NCBI GenBank assembly: GCA_035654455.1
Contig: DASRWT010000065.1
Location: forward strand, 3,399-67,398
DNA: 64,000 nt
Reading direction: 5' to 3'
Source: Candidatus Nitrosocosmicus sp.
GTDB taxonomy: Bacteria > Methylomirabilota > Methylomirabilia > Rokubacteriales > CSP1-6
This document shows positions 26,641-35,525 of this stretch, piece after piece (the first letter of the stretch is position 1; every line of letters starts with the position of its first letter). The position numbers were made by a program, and so were the translations under genes. Under the pieces are notes generated by a model that saw only the letters and a list, made by a program, of their open reading frames with translations, ran no database searches and had not been told where the DNA came from.

Positions 26641-28269
26641 ATGGCTCGGATGACCGGCGGCGAAGCACTCGTCAAGCAGCTCTATCACGAAGGCATTCGC
26701 GTGGTCTTCGGTCTCCCCGGCGTCCAGCTCTACGGCGTGATGGCCGCCCTGCGCGAAGAGCCGCGCATCCGCTTCATCCAGACGCGCCACGAGCAGGCCA
26801 CCTCCTACATGGCGGACGGCTACGCGCGCGCCGGCGGCAGCGTCGGCACCGCGCTGGTGGTGCCCGGCCCCGGGCTCCTCAATGCCTCCGCCGGGCTGAG
26901 CACCGCGTACTCCGCCTCCTCGCCCGTGTTCATGATCTCCGGCCAGGTGCCGAAGAACCAGATCGGCAAGGACATCGGCGTGCTCCACGAGGTCAACGAC
27001 CAGCTCGAGTGCATCCGCCCGGTGACCAAGTGGCGGCGCCGCGTGCTGGAAGTGGCGGAGGTGCCGGCGGCGGTGCGCGCCGCCATGCATCAGCTCACCA
27101 CCGGCCGGCCGCGTCCGGTCGAGATCGAGATGCCGCCCGAGACCATGGAGGACGAGGGCGAGGCGGTGCTCATCGACCCCGTGCGGCCGGTGCGGCCCGC
27201 TGCCGCCGCCGCCGACGTGAGCCGCGCGGTGGATCTCCTCCTCAACGCGCAGCGGCCCGTCATCTACGCGGGCGGGGGCGCGGTGTTCGGCGGGGCCAGC
27301 GAGGCGCTCACCGCGCTGGCCGAGTATCTCCAGGCCGGCGTGATCACCAGCGCCGAGGGCAAGGGCGCGATCAGCGATCACTCCGATCTCTCGCTGGGCG
27401 CCACCGTGTGGCCGAACTCGCCGGTTCGCAATCACCTGCTCCAGGCCGACCTCATCCTCGCGGTGGGCACCCGCTTCGCCCTCGCGGTGCCCAAGGCCGA
27501 CCAGCAGGTCATTCACATCGACATCGATCCGGACGAGATCGGCCGGAACCACCGGAAGTCGCTGGGTCTCGTGGGCGACGCCCGCGCCACCCTCGATGCC
27601 ATCGTGGAAGGCGTCCGCAAGGCCACCCCGCCGCGGTCCTCGCGCAAGGCGGAGCGCGAGGCGCTGCGCGCGGAGACGGCGGCCCTGGTCCAGGAGCCCC
27701 AGGCGGGTATCCTCAAGAGCCTGCGCGAGGGCACGCCGGAGAACGCCATCTTCATCTCCGGCATGACTCAGATCGGCTACTACTCGCGTCCCTGCTGGCC
27801 GACCTACGAGGCCCGGACCTATCTGTCGTCCTCGTACTCGGGCAATCTCGGCTACGAGTACCCGGTGGCGCTGGGCGCCAAGGTCGCCTGCCCGCAGCGC
27901 CCCGTCATCGCGGTGATCGGCGACGGCGGCTTCATGTACAACGTGCAGGAGCTGGCCACCGCCGTGCAGCAGAAGATCAACGTGATCGCGGTCGTCTTCA
28001 ACGACAACGCCTTCGGCAACGTGGCGCGCGACCTCGACGACTGGTGGGGCGGCAGCTACGGCGCCTCGCTGCACAATCCGGACTTCATGAAGCTGGCCGA
28101 CGCCTTCGGCGCTCACGGAATGCGCGCCAAGGAGCCCACCCAGGTAGGCGCCCTCGTCCGCGAGGCCATTCAGCTCGACCGGCCGGTGCTCATCGAGGTG
28201 CCGGTGGGCCGGATGCCCACGCCCATGTTCTTCCCGCCGCGGAAGGCGCCCACCAAGTATCAGCGCTGA
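26641..28269 (+). CDS. thiamine pyrophosphate-dependent enzyme (acetolactate synthase-like family)
   Basis: 542 aa. N-terminal Pyr domain (GLPGV...RHEQATSYMADGYAR), central domain, and TPP motif GDGGFMYNVQELATAVQQKINVIAVVFNDNAFGN. Confidence 0.9.
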   Translation: MARMTGGEALVKQLYHEGIRVVFGLPGVQLYGVMAALREEPRIRFIQTRHEQATSYMADGYARAGGSVGTALVVPGPGLLNASAGLSTAYSASSPVFMISGQVPKNQIGKDIGVLHEVNDQLECIRPVTKWRRRVLEVAEVPAAVRAAMHQLTTGRPRPVEIEMPPETMEDEGEAVLIDPVRPVRPAAAAADVSRAVDLLLNAQRPVIYAGGGAVFGGASEALTALAEYLQAGVITSAEGKGAISDHSDLSLGATVWPNSPVRNHLLQADLILAVGTRFALAVPKADQQVIHIDIDPDEIGRNHRKSLGLVGDARATLDAIVEGVRKATPPRSSRKAEREALRAETAALVQEPQAGILKSLREGTPENAIFISGMTQIGYYSRPCWPTYEARTYLSSSYSGNLGYEYPVALGAKVACPQRPVIAVIGDGGFMYNVQELATAVQQKINVIAVVFNDNAFGNVARDLDDWWGGSYGASLHNPDFMKLADAFGAHGMRAKEPTQVGALVREAIQLDRPVLIEVPVGRMPTPMFFPPRKAPTKYQR

Positions 28270-28282
28270 GGAGCGCCGCAAC

Positions 28283-28690
28283 CTGGCATCCGGTGGCTCC
28301 TCGCGGGTCCCCGCGGCGCTGATCTCGGCGTGGCGGGCGCTGCGCCTGCGCTGCCCGCGGTGCGGCGCCGGCAAGGTCACCGTGCGCTGGCTCGGCTTGC
28401 GGCCGGCCTGCCCGAGCTGCGGCCTCCGGCTCGACCGCGGCGAGTCGGACTACTGGCTGGGGGCGATGCTGTTCAACCTCATCGCCGCCGAGACGCTCTT
28501 CGCGGTGGGCCTGGTGACGGTGCTCGTCCTCACCTGGCCCAATCCTCCGTGGGACGCGCTCCAGTGGGGGAGCATCGCCGCCATGATCCTGGCCCCGCTC
28601 ATTCTCTTCCCCTTCAGCAAGCTCCTCTGGCTCGCCTTCGACCTCGTCTTCCGCCCGCCCACCCCCGAGGACTTCACTTCAGGGTCGTGA
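28283..28690 (+). CDS. DUF983-like zinc-ribbon membrane protein
   Basis: Track ORF starts at GTG 28382, but the same frame upstream encodes the first zinc-ribbon half (RCPRCGAGK), pairing with CPSCGLRL. In-frame CTG 28283 has a gaggag SD 9 nt upstream. Two TMs follow. Start uncertain. Confidence 0.6.
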   Translation: MASGGSSRVPAALISAWRALRLRCPRCGAGKVTVRWLGLRPACPSCGLRLDRGESDYWLGAMLFNLIAAETLFAVGLVTVLVLTWPNPPWDALQWGSIAAMILAPLILFPFSKLLWLAFDLVFRPPTPEDFTSGS

Positions 28691-29501
28691 AGGTGAAGGC
28701 GCGGATGATGTGGCGCTGCGCCGCCACGAATACCACCAGCACCGGCGCCACCACGAACATGCTGCCGGCCATGATGATGTGCCAGCGCGCGCCCGTTCCC
28801 TCCTCGCGCAGCATGGCCACGCCGATGGGCAGGGTGCGCACGGCGTCCGTGGTTGTCATCACCAGCGGCCAGAAGAAATCGTTCCAGTGGTACACGACGC
28901 TGAAGAGCGTGAAGGCTACCAAAGTGGGCCGGGCGATGGGCGCGAGGATGCGGAAGATGAGGGTGAAGGTGCCCGCGCCGTCCACGCGCGCGGCGTCCAC
29001 GATGTCGTCGCTGATCTGCATGAAGGCTTCCCGGATGAGAAAGGTGCCCAGCGCGGACACCGCATAGGGCAACACCAGCGAGGCATAGGTATTGAGCAGG
29101 CCCACCTTGCTGAACAGCATGTAGAGCGGCACGAAGCGCACCTGGGGCGGCACGATGAGACAGGCAATGACGACCAGGAAGCAGACGTCGCGTCCGGGGA
29201 ACCGGAGCTTGCTGAAGGCGAAGCCGGCCAGGCAGCCGAAGAAGAGCTGAAGCACGACGATGGCCACCGTCTGGATGGCGTTGTTCAGGGCGTAGCGGAG
29301 GAAGGGCCCCGAGGCCCAGGCCTTCGCGTAGTTGTCCCAGTGGGCGGGGCTCGGCCAGAAGGTGGGCGGGAATCGGGTCACTTCCGCGAGGTCCTTGAGC
29401 GACGTGGACACCATCCAGAGATAGGGAAACACCTCCACCAGCGCCACCAGGGCGAGCGCGCCCACGGTGAGGGCCCGCCGGAGCGGATGGGAGCGCCTCA
29501 T
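28674..29501 (-). CDS. carbohydrate ABC transporter permease (MalG/UgpE-like)
   Basis: 275 aa from MRRSHPL. EAA-loop region DAARVDGAGTFTLIFRILAPIARP. ATGA overlap with the upstream permease. Confidence 0.9.
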   Translation of the reverse strand: MRRSHPLRRALTVGALALVALVEVFPYLWMVSTSLKDLAEVTRFPPTFWPSPAHWDNYAKAWASGPFLRYALNNAIQTVAIVVLQLFFGCLAGFAFSKLRFPGRDVCFLVVIACLIVPPQVRFVPLYMLFSKVGLLNTYASLVLPYAVSALGTFLIREAFMQISDDIVDAARVDGAGTFTLIFRILAPIARPTLVAFTLFSVVYHWNDFFWPLVMTTTDAVRTLPIGVAMLREEGTGARWHIIMAGSMFVVAPVLVVFVAAQRHIIRAFTFTTLK

Positions 29502-30268
29502 GTCGAGTAGTGCACGCGCCGCCGGAAGAGCAGCCACTGCGCCAGCGTGAGCAGGACGATGAGCACGAAGAACACCACCACGCCCGCGGAGGCCTTGCCG
29601 AGCTTGAAGTACTGGAAGGCCTGCTCGTAGATCCAGTACACATAGATCATGGTCGAGGTCACCGGCCCGCCCTGGGTCATGATCTTCACGATGTCGAAGC
29701 CCTGGAAGCTCGCGATGGTCAGCGTGACGAGGAGGAAGAGCGTGGTGGGCGTCAGCAGCGGCCAGGTGATGTGGCGGAAGCGCTGCCAGCCCCCGGCGCC
29801 GTCCAGCGCGGCCGCCTCGTAGAGATCGCCGGGGATGGCCTGGAGCCCGGCCAGGTAGATCACCATCGGGTAACCGACGGTCTTCCACACCGTCACCAGC
29901 ACGAGGGTCCAGAGCGCGATGCGATGATCGCCCAGCCAGTTGACGGCGGGGAGCCGCACCAGCCCCAGCAGCCAGGCCACCAGGCCGTATTGCGGGTCGA
30001 GGAGCCAGATCCAGAGCAGCGACACCGCCACCCAGGAGACAACGTAGGAGGAGAAGATGGAGGCGCGGAAGAGCGCCCCCAGGCGGGTGCGATCGTTGAG
30101 GAAGATGGCGAGGAGGAGGCCGAGCGCCTGGGACAGCACCACCACGCCGCCCGAGTACTTGGCGGTATTGGTCACCACCTCGAGGAACTCGGCGGTGGCG
30201 AGGGCGCGATAGTTCGCCGTCCCCACCCAGCGGGCGGGCCCGGCGAGGTCCCATTCGTAGAAGCTCAC
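29498..30268 (-). CDS. carbohydrate ABC transporter permease (MalF/UgpA-like), 5' end unresolved
   Basis: EAA-loop EAAALDGAGGWQRFRHITWPLL. The frame upstream of GTG 30268 encodes a family-typical TM1 (RLGWALASPSLALFALVYLYPVAYSAW) with no canonical start. The true start is probably upstream (see findings). Confidence 0.8.
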   Translation of the reverse strand: MSFYEWDLAGPARWVGTANYRALATAEFLEVVTNTAKYSGGVVVLSQALGLLLAIFLNDRTRLGALFRASIFSSYVVSWVAVSLLWIWLLDPQYGLVAWLLGLVRLPAVNWLGDHRIALWTLVLVTVWKTVGYPMVIYLAGLQAIPGDLYEAAALDGAGGWQRFRHITWPLLTPTTLFLLVTLTIASFQGFDIVKIMTQGGPVTSTMIYVYWIYEQAFQYFKLGKASAGVVVFFVLIVLLTLAQWLLFRRRVHYST

Positions 30269-30380
30269 CCACGCCGAGTAGGCGACGGGGTAGAGATAGA
30301 CGAGGGCGAAGAGCGCGAGCGACGGGGACGCGAGCGCCCAGCCGAGCCGGGCCTCGCGTCCCCGCCGCCCGCGGCGCCCG

Positions 30381-31661
30381 CTAGTACTTGCCGAGGATCT
30401 CGTTGGCCTTGGCCTCCGCGGCTTGCATGACCTCGGCGGACGTCTTGATGCCGAGCACGGCGGCCTCGAGATTGGGCTGGATGACTTCTCGCTGGATCTC
30501 GAAGAGCGCGGGCGAGAACGGGAAGCGCTGCGCGGTGCGCAGCTGGTCGATGGCGGTCTTGTAATTGGGATTCTGCTTGTAGAAGTCCTGCATCTCCGCG
30601 GAGGCGACCGCGGAGCTGCGAATGGGCATGTAGCCGGTGGCCTTGGACAGCGAGATGGTCTGGGCCGGCTCCGTCATCCACTTGATGAAGGCCCAGCCCG
30701 CCTCCTTCTCGGCGGGGGGCGCGTCCTTGGCGATCACGAAGAAGGTGCCGCCGGTGGGCACCGCCTGCTTCGCCTTGCCGGGCAGGAACGCGGTGCCCAC
30801 CTTGAACTTCGCGTTCTCGGTGATGTAGTTGAGGAAGGCGGTGGAGGTGAAGATCATCGCCACCTTGCCGTTGAGGAAGTCGGTATTGGTCACCTCCCAG
30901 GCGCTGTAGTCCTTGCCGGGCGGCCGCTTCATGGTCTTGTCCTTGTTGACGAGATCCACCCAGAACTGGAGCGCCTCCGTCCCCTTCTCGCGGAATGCCG
31001 CCTTCTTGCCATCGGGGCTCAGGAGGCTGCCGCCGGCCTCGTGGAGCAGCGCGTACCAGAACCACCAGTCCACCGGCACCTCGAAGCCGTACACCTTGAC
31101 CTCGGCCCCTTCGCGCACGGTGAGCTTGTCGGCGGCGGCGCGGAACTCGTCCCAGGTGCCGGGCACCTTGATGCCCTTGGCCGCCAGCATCTCCGCGTTG
31201 TAATAGAGGATGGGCGTGCTGCGGAAGAACGGCAGCGCGAAGGTCGGCGGCTGCGGCTTCCCCAGATAGTCGAAGTACGTGTGCTGGGTCTGGCCGGGGA
31301 GATAGTCGGCCAGATTGGTCCCGTTGGGCCCCGCCGCATAGGCATCCAGCGGCTCGAACAGCCCGGCCTGCCACAGCTGCGGCATCGCCTCCCCGACGAC
31401 GTGGAAGACGGCGGGCGCGGTCTTGGTGGCGGCGGCGGCGCGGATCTTGGCGAGCGCCTGGAAGTAGTCGCCCTGGAAGGTGCCCTCGATCCGGTACTTC
31501 GTCTGCGACTCGTTGAACTTCTTGATGTGCGCCTCGGTCACTTCCCGATTCTTGCCCCCGAAGGAGTACCAGAACTGGGCGGTGATGGGGCCCTGCGCGG
31601 CGGCGGGTTGCGCCCCCGCGAGAAGCCCGGTGGCCAGCAACGTGGCCAGCATCCGTCTCAT
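30381..31661 (-). CDS. ABC transporter substrate-binding protein (CUT1 sugar/polyol/glycerol-phosphate family)
   Basis: 426 aa from MRRMLATLLATGLLAGAQPAAAQ (signal peptide, ggagg SD). Family-1 SBP fold features. The rest of the 1169-aa track ORF is artefact. Confidence 0.9.
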   Translation of the reverse strand: MRRMLATLLATGLLAGAQPAAAQGPITAQFWYSFGGKNREVTEAHIKKFNESQTKYRIEGTFQGDYFQALAKIRAAAATKTAPAVFHVVGEAMPQLWQAGLFEPLDAYAAGPNGTNLADYLPGQTQHTYFDYLGKPQPPTFALPFFRSTPILYYNAEMLAAKGIKVPGTWDEFRAAADKLTVREGAEVKVYGFEVPVDWWFWYALLHEAGGSLLSPDGKKAAFREKGTEALQFWVDLVNKDKTMKRPPGKDYSAWEVTNTDFLNGKVAMIFTSTAFLNYITENAKFKVGTAFLPGKAKQAVPTGGTFFVIAKDAPPAEKEAGWAFIKWMTEPAQTISLSKATGYMPIRSSAVASAEMQDFYKQNPNYKTAIDQLRTAQRFPFSPALFEIQREVIQPNLEAAVLGIKTSAEVMQAAEAKANEILGKY

Positions 31662-32689
31662 CGGCGACCTCCAGTGGTGTGAGGGGTGCTCCAGCAGGCG
31701 GCGCGCAGCTCGCGCTCGACGTCGCGTCCGCCGTAAACGATCCGATGGAGCGCGCGCAGCAGCGGGACGTCCACTCCGCGGCCGGCGGCGAAGCGCCAGC
31801 ACCAGCGGATGGCGGCATAGCCCTCGGTGAGCTGGTCCCGGCGCGCGAGCCGCCGCACCACGGTGCGGGTGGCGAGCCCGGCGCCGCGCAGCTCGCCGAA
31901 GACGCGGTTGCGCCCGGCCACCGCGGTGACGTGGAGATCGCCCGCGCCGCCGAGCCCGTACACCGTCTCCGGCCGCGCCCCCACCCGGCGGCCGAGTCGC
32001 GCGATCTCCGCCAGCGCCTGGGTGTAGATGAGCGACTTGGTGTTGTACATCGCCTCCGCGCGGCCCGCCGCGACGAGGCCGTCGCAGAGCCCCACCGCGA
32101 TGGCATAGGCGTTCTTGAGCGCGGAGCAGAGCTCGAGCCCCCGCTGATCCGCGGTCTCGGTGATGGCGTAGTAGGGGGTGCCGAGGGCGCGGCGCCACCG
32201 GCTCCGCGCGCGCGCGTCGGGCGAGGCATACATCACCGCCGTGGGCACGCGGCGCGCCAGCTCCATGGCCTTGGAGGGTCCGCCCACGGTCACGATGCGA
32301 AGCCCCGTCGCCTCCAGCACCGCGGTGGACAAGGTCACGATGCGCCCGCGGCTGCGCGTGAGCCCCTTGGACACGGACAGCACCGGCACCCCGGCGGGAA
32401 CGTGGGGCGCCGCCTGACGCAGCACGGACACCGCGGCGTCCGAGGTCACCGCGTTCACCACGAGGTCGGCGCCGGCGAGGGCCGCCCGCAGCGCCTCCGC
32501 GGCGAAGGGCACCACCGCCCGCGGCAGCCGCAGGCCCAGCCGCGGATGCCGCCGTCCCGCGCGCACCGCCGCCAGCAGCCGGCCGTCGAGCGGGGTGCCC
32601 CACAGCGCCACCGAGTGCCCGTTGTCGGTGGCGGGCACCGTGAGCGCGCCGCCCATGTAGCCGGCCCCGAGGATGGCGATATGCGCCAT
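31658..32689 (-). CDS. NAD(P)H-dependent glycerol-3-phosphate dehydrogenase-like protein
   Basis: IAILGAGYMGGAL Rossmann motif, GGPSKAMELARRVPTAV and KNAYAIAVGLCDGL typical of GpsA. TGATG overlap with the upstream kinase and ATGA overlap with the downstream SBP gene. Confidence 0.8.
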   Translation of the reverse strand: MAHIAILGAGYMGGALTVPATDNGHSVALWGTPLDGRLLAAVRAGRRHPRLGLRLPRAVVPFAAEALRAALAGADLVVNAVTSDAAVSVLRQAAPHVPAGVPVLSVSKGLTRSRGRIVTLSTAVLEATGLRIVTVGGPSKAMELARRVPTAVMYASPDARARSRWRRALGTPYYAITETADQRGLELCSALKNAYAIAVGLCDGLVAAGRAEAMYNTKSLIYTQALAEIARLGRRVGARPETVYGLGGAGDLHVTAVAGRNRVFGELRGAGLATRTVVRRLARRDQLTEGYAAIRWCWRFAAGRGVDVPLLRALHRIVYGGRDVERELRAACWSTPHTTGGRR

Positions 32690-34149
32690 CACGCCACGCG
32701 CCGCAACGCGGGATAGAGGATGAGCCGCTCCGCGAGCATGGTGGTGTACATCTCATGCCGAGCGGGATCCGGCGCATGACGCACGAGCCGCCCGCGCCAC
32801 GCCTTGGCGGCCGACACGGCGGACACCGCGCCGACGCCGAGGCCGGCCAGCAGCGCGGCGCCGGCGGGCGCGCCCAGTCCATCCGGCAGATACGCCAGCG
32901 GCGCGCCGAGCGCGTCGCAGAGGATTTGCCGCCACACCGCGCTGCGAGCGCCGCCGTTGACGGCCACCACCTCGTCGAGCGTGGTGCCGCGCTCACGCAG
33001 CACCTCGAAGCTGTGCCGCAGGGAGAGCGCGACGCCCTCGAGGACCGCCCGGTACAGATGGCCACGCCCGTGCGCGAGCGACAGCCCGACGAAGGCGCCG
33101 CGCGCGCTCGCATCCCAGAGCGGGGTGCGCTCGCCCTGCAGGTAGGGCAGAAGCCGCAGGCCCTCCGCGCCCGCCGGCACCGCCCCGCTCTCCGCGTCCA
33201 GCGCGTCAAAGGACACGCCGCGGGCGAAGACGGAGCGAAACCACTCCTGCGCCGCGCCGGCCAAGGTGGCGCCGAGCGCGAGATAGCGGTCGCAGCCGAC
33301 GTGATGCGCATTGATGAGGCGCGTGTCGAAGTCGGGCTGGGCCATCGGCACGATGAGATTGCCGGAGGTGCCGAGCATGAGACAGGCCTCGCCGGGCTCG
33401 GTGACGCCGGCGGCCAGCGTGGACGCGGCGAAGTCCGCGCCGCCCACCACCACCGGCGTGCCCGGCGCGAGCCCGGTCTCTCGGGCCGCCGGGCCGGTGA
33501 CCGCACCCGCCACGTCCCGCGCGGGGCGAAGCGCAGGCAGCCGGGCGATCTCGACCCCGGCCGCCACCGCCCCCTCGGCCGACCAGGCGCGCGCCTGGGC
33601 GTCGTAGAGCGGCACGCAGAGCGCCGCCGACGAGGGATCGGTGACGCGGGCGCCGGTGAGCCGCAGCACCGGATAGCTGTGGGATTGCAGGAAGGTGGCG
33701 GTGCGCGCCCACACCTCGGGCGCGTGGCTCCGGAGCCACAGCGCCTTGGGGCCGAGATAGAACGCGTGCAGCCGGTTACCGGCGATGGCCTCCGCGCGCG
33801 GGCCCATCGAGGCCGCGAGCGCCGACGCTTCCGCATCGGCGCGCACGTCGAGCCAGAGAATGGCGGGAGCGAGGGGACGGCCGTCCGCATCCACCGCCAG
33901 CAAGGTGGGCGCTTGCCCGGTGATGCCGACCGCCTCCACCTGCCCGCCGACGGTGGCGGTCAGGGAGACGAGGATGCGGCGCACCGCCGCCCACCACGAA
34001 TCGGCGTCGGCCTCCGCCCAGCCCGCGGCGGGCACGCGATGCTCGTAGCCGACGGTCTCCTCCGCGAGCACGCGTCCGTCGAGGTCGAAAGCGGCGCCCT
34101 TGGCCGACGTGGTGCCGACATCCACCCCGAGCAGGACACGGGCCGTCAT
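32689..34149 (-). CDS. FGGY-family carbohydrate kinase (xylulokinase/glycerol kinase-like)
   Basis: 486 aa. LGVDVGTTSAKGA N-terminal ATPase motif, and GGADFAAS and VNGGARSAVWRQI motifs. Confidence 0.9.
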   Translation of the reverse strand: MTARVLLGVDVGTTSAKGAAFDLDGRVLAEETVGYEHRVPAAGWAEADADSWWAAVRRILVSLTATVGGQVEAVGITGQAPTLLAVDADGRPLAPAILWLDVRADAEASALAASMGPRAEAIAGNRLHAFYLGPKALWLRSHAPEVWARTATFLQSHSYPVLRLTGARVTDPSSAALCVPLYDAQARAWSAEGAVAAGVEIARLPALRPARDVAGAVTGPAARETGLAPGTPVVVGGADFAASTLAAGVTEPGEACLMLGTSGNLIVPMAQPDFDTRLINAHHVGCDRYLALGATLAGAAQEWFRSVFARGVSFDALDAESGAVPAGAEGLRLLPYLQGERTPLWDASARGAFVGLSLAHGRGHLYRAVLEGVALSLRHSFEVLRERGTTLDEVVAVNGGARSAVWRQILCDALGAPLAYLPDGLGAPAGAALLAGLGVGAVSAVSAAKAWRGRLVRHAPDPARHEMYTTMLAERLILYPALRRVA

Positions 34150-34217
34150 GGCGGGGGCGAGTATAGCGCGCCCGTATTGCTTGCGCGTGACGGTCCGCGC
34201 GTGCTACACCCCACGCC

Positions 34218-35525
34218 GTGACGGGAGCGCGACCCGATCTGCTCATCATGCTCAGCATCGACGGCCTCGGCGCCGGCTACGTGGACGATCCGCGGCTCCA
34301 CCTGCCCGCGCTGCGCGGCCTCGCCGCCCGCGGCGCTCGCGCGCGACGCCTCACCTGCATCTTCCCCACCGTGACCTGGCCTTGCCACACCTCCATCGTC
34401 ACCGGCGTCTCACCCGCGCGGCATGGCGTGGTCGGCAACCTGACGTTCGATCGCGGCACCGGGGCCGTGGTCGAGCACTACGGGGACCGCACCGAGCGGG
34501 GCATCGAGGCCGAGACCCTGTGGGACCGCCTCCACGCGCGCGGCGAGCGGACGGCCAGTCTCTGCTGGCCCAAGACGCGCGGGGTCACGACGATTCCGGA
34601 CAATATTCCGGAGTTCTACGAGCAGGAGCTGTTCGAGCGCTACGCCTCGCGCCCGTTGTGGACCGAGCTGGCTTCCCACGGCTTGCCGGTTTCGCGCTAC
34701 GGGGCATGGAGCGCCGCGCATCCGCTGGGGCCCATGCAGGACTGGCTCACGCTGGAGGCCGCGCGGCACGTCCTCGCCGTTCGCCCGCCGCGCCTGCTGC
34801 TCCTCCACTTCCTCACCCTCGACTCGTACCAGCACGACTTCGGCACCGCGAGCCCCGAGGCGCGCTGGGCGCTGCTCCAGATGGACGCCCTGGTGGGGCG
34901 CCTTCTCGACACCCTCACGGCGCTGGGCCGCGCGGAGACCACCGCCTTCATGGTGTTCGGCGATCACGGGTTCGCCGACATCCAGCGCACCCATCATCTG
35001 AACCAGATCCTCCTCGAGGAGCGTCTGCTGGAGGTGGACGCGCGCGGCGCCGTCACCCGCCGGCTCGCCTGGGCGGCCGGCAATGGCGGCTCGGCGCACG
35101 TGTACGCGCTGGAGGGCGCGCCGCGCACCACGATCGACCGGCTGCGCGAGCGCTTCGCCGCCCTGCCCGGCGTGGACGCGATCGGGCGCGAGCGCTTCGC
35201 CGAGCTGGGGCTGCCCCAGCCGGGACCCGGCTCGACCCAGGGTGATCTGATGGTCGCCGCGGAGGACGGCACCTTCTTCAGCGGCCACGCGACCCCGGAG
35301 GCGGCCGCCGCCTCGCCCGTCTACGTGGCCGGCCATGGGCACATGCCTCATCTGCCGCGGCTCGGGGCCGCGCTCGTGCTGGCGGGAGCGGGCGTGCGCG
35401 CGGGCGTGACCCTCGGCGACGTGTCCATGCTCTCGCTGGCGCCCACCGCCGCGCGGCTTCTCGGCGTGGAGCTCCCCGGCGCCGAGGCGCCGCCGCTGGT
35501 CGAAGCCCTCGCCGGTTCCAGCTAG
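34218..35525 (+). CDS. nucleotide pyrophosphatase/phosphodiesterase (alkaline phosphatase superfamily, NPP type)
   Basis: 435 aa. SIDGLG, nucleophile context FPTVTWPCHTSIVTG, and DSYQHDFG and GDHGF metal ligand motifs. Confidence 0.85.
   Translation: MTGARPDLLIMLSIDGLGAGYVDDPRLHLPALRGLAARGARARRLTCIFPTVTWPCHTSIVTGVSPARHGVVGNLTFDRGTGAVVEHYGDRTERGIEAETLWDRLHARGERTASLCWPKTRGVTTIPDNIPEFYEQELFERYASRPLWTELASHGLPVSRYGAWSAAHPLGPMQDWLTLEAARHVLAVRPPRLLLLHFLTLDSYQHDFGTASPEARWALLQMDALVGRLLDTLTALGRAETTAFMVFGDHGFADIQRTHHLNQILLEERLLEVDARGAVTRRLAWAAGNGGSAHVYALEGAPRTTIDRLRERFAALPGVDAIGRERFAELGLPQPGPGSTQGDLMVAAEDGTFFSGHATPEAAAASPVYVAGHGHMPHLPRLGAALVLAGAGVRAGVTLGDVSMLSLAPTAARLLGVELPGAEAPPLVEALAGSS

Noticed and set aside
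25348-28269. Calling the CoA-transferase/TPP pair frc/oxc (oxalate degradation)
   Set aside because: Only the gene order supports it. The TPP protein does not obviously match what I recall of Oxc, so only family-level names are given.
25237-28380. 1047-aa minus-strand ORF, the longest in the track
   Set aside because: It is antisense to the CoA-transferase and TPP enzyme genes, both of which have clear family motifs. The product is an Arg/Gly/Ala/His-rich string with no domains.
30381-33890. 1169-aa ORF read as one protein
   Set aside because: Only the C-terminal 426 aa (from MRRMLATLL with signal peptide and SD) form a real substrate-binding protein. The upstream part is out of frame with, and overlaps, the genuine GpsA-like and FGGY kinase genes.
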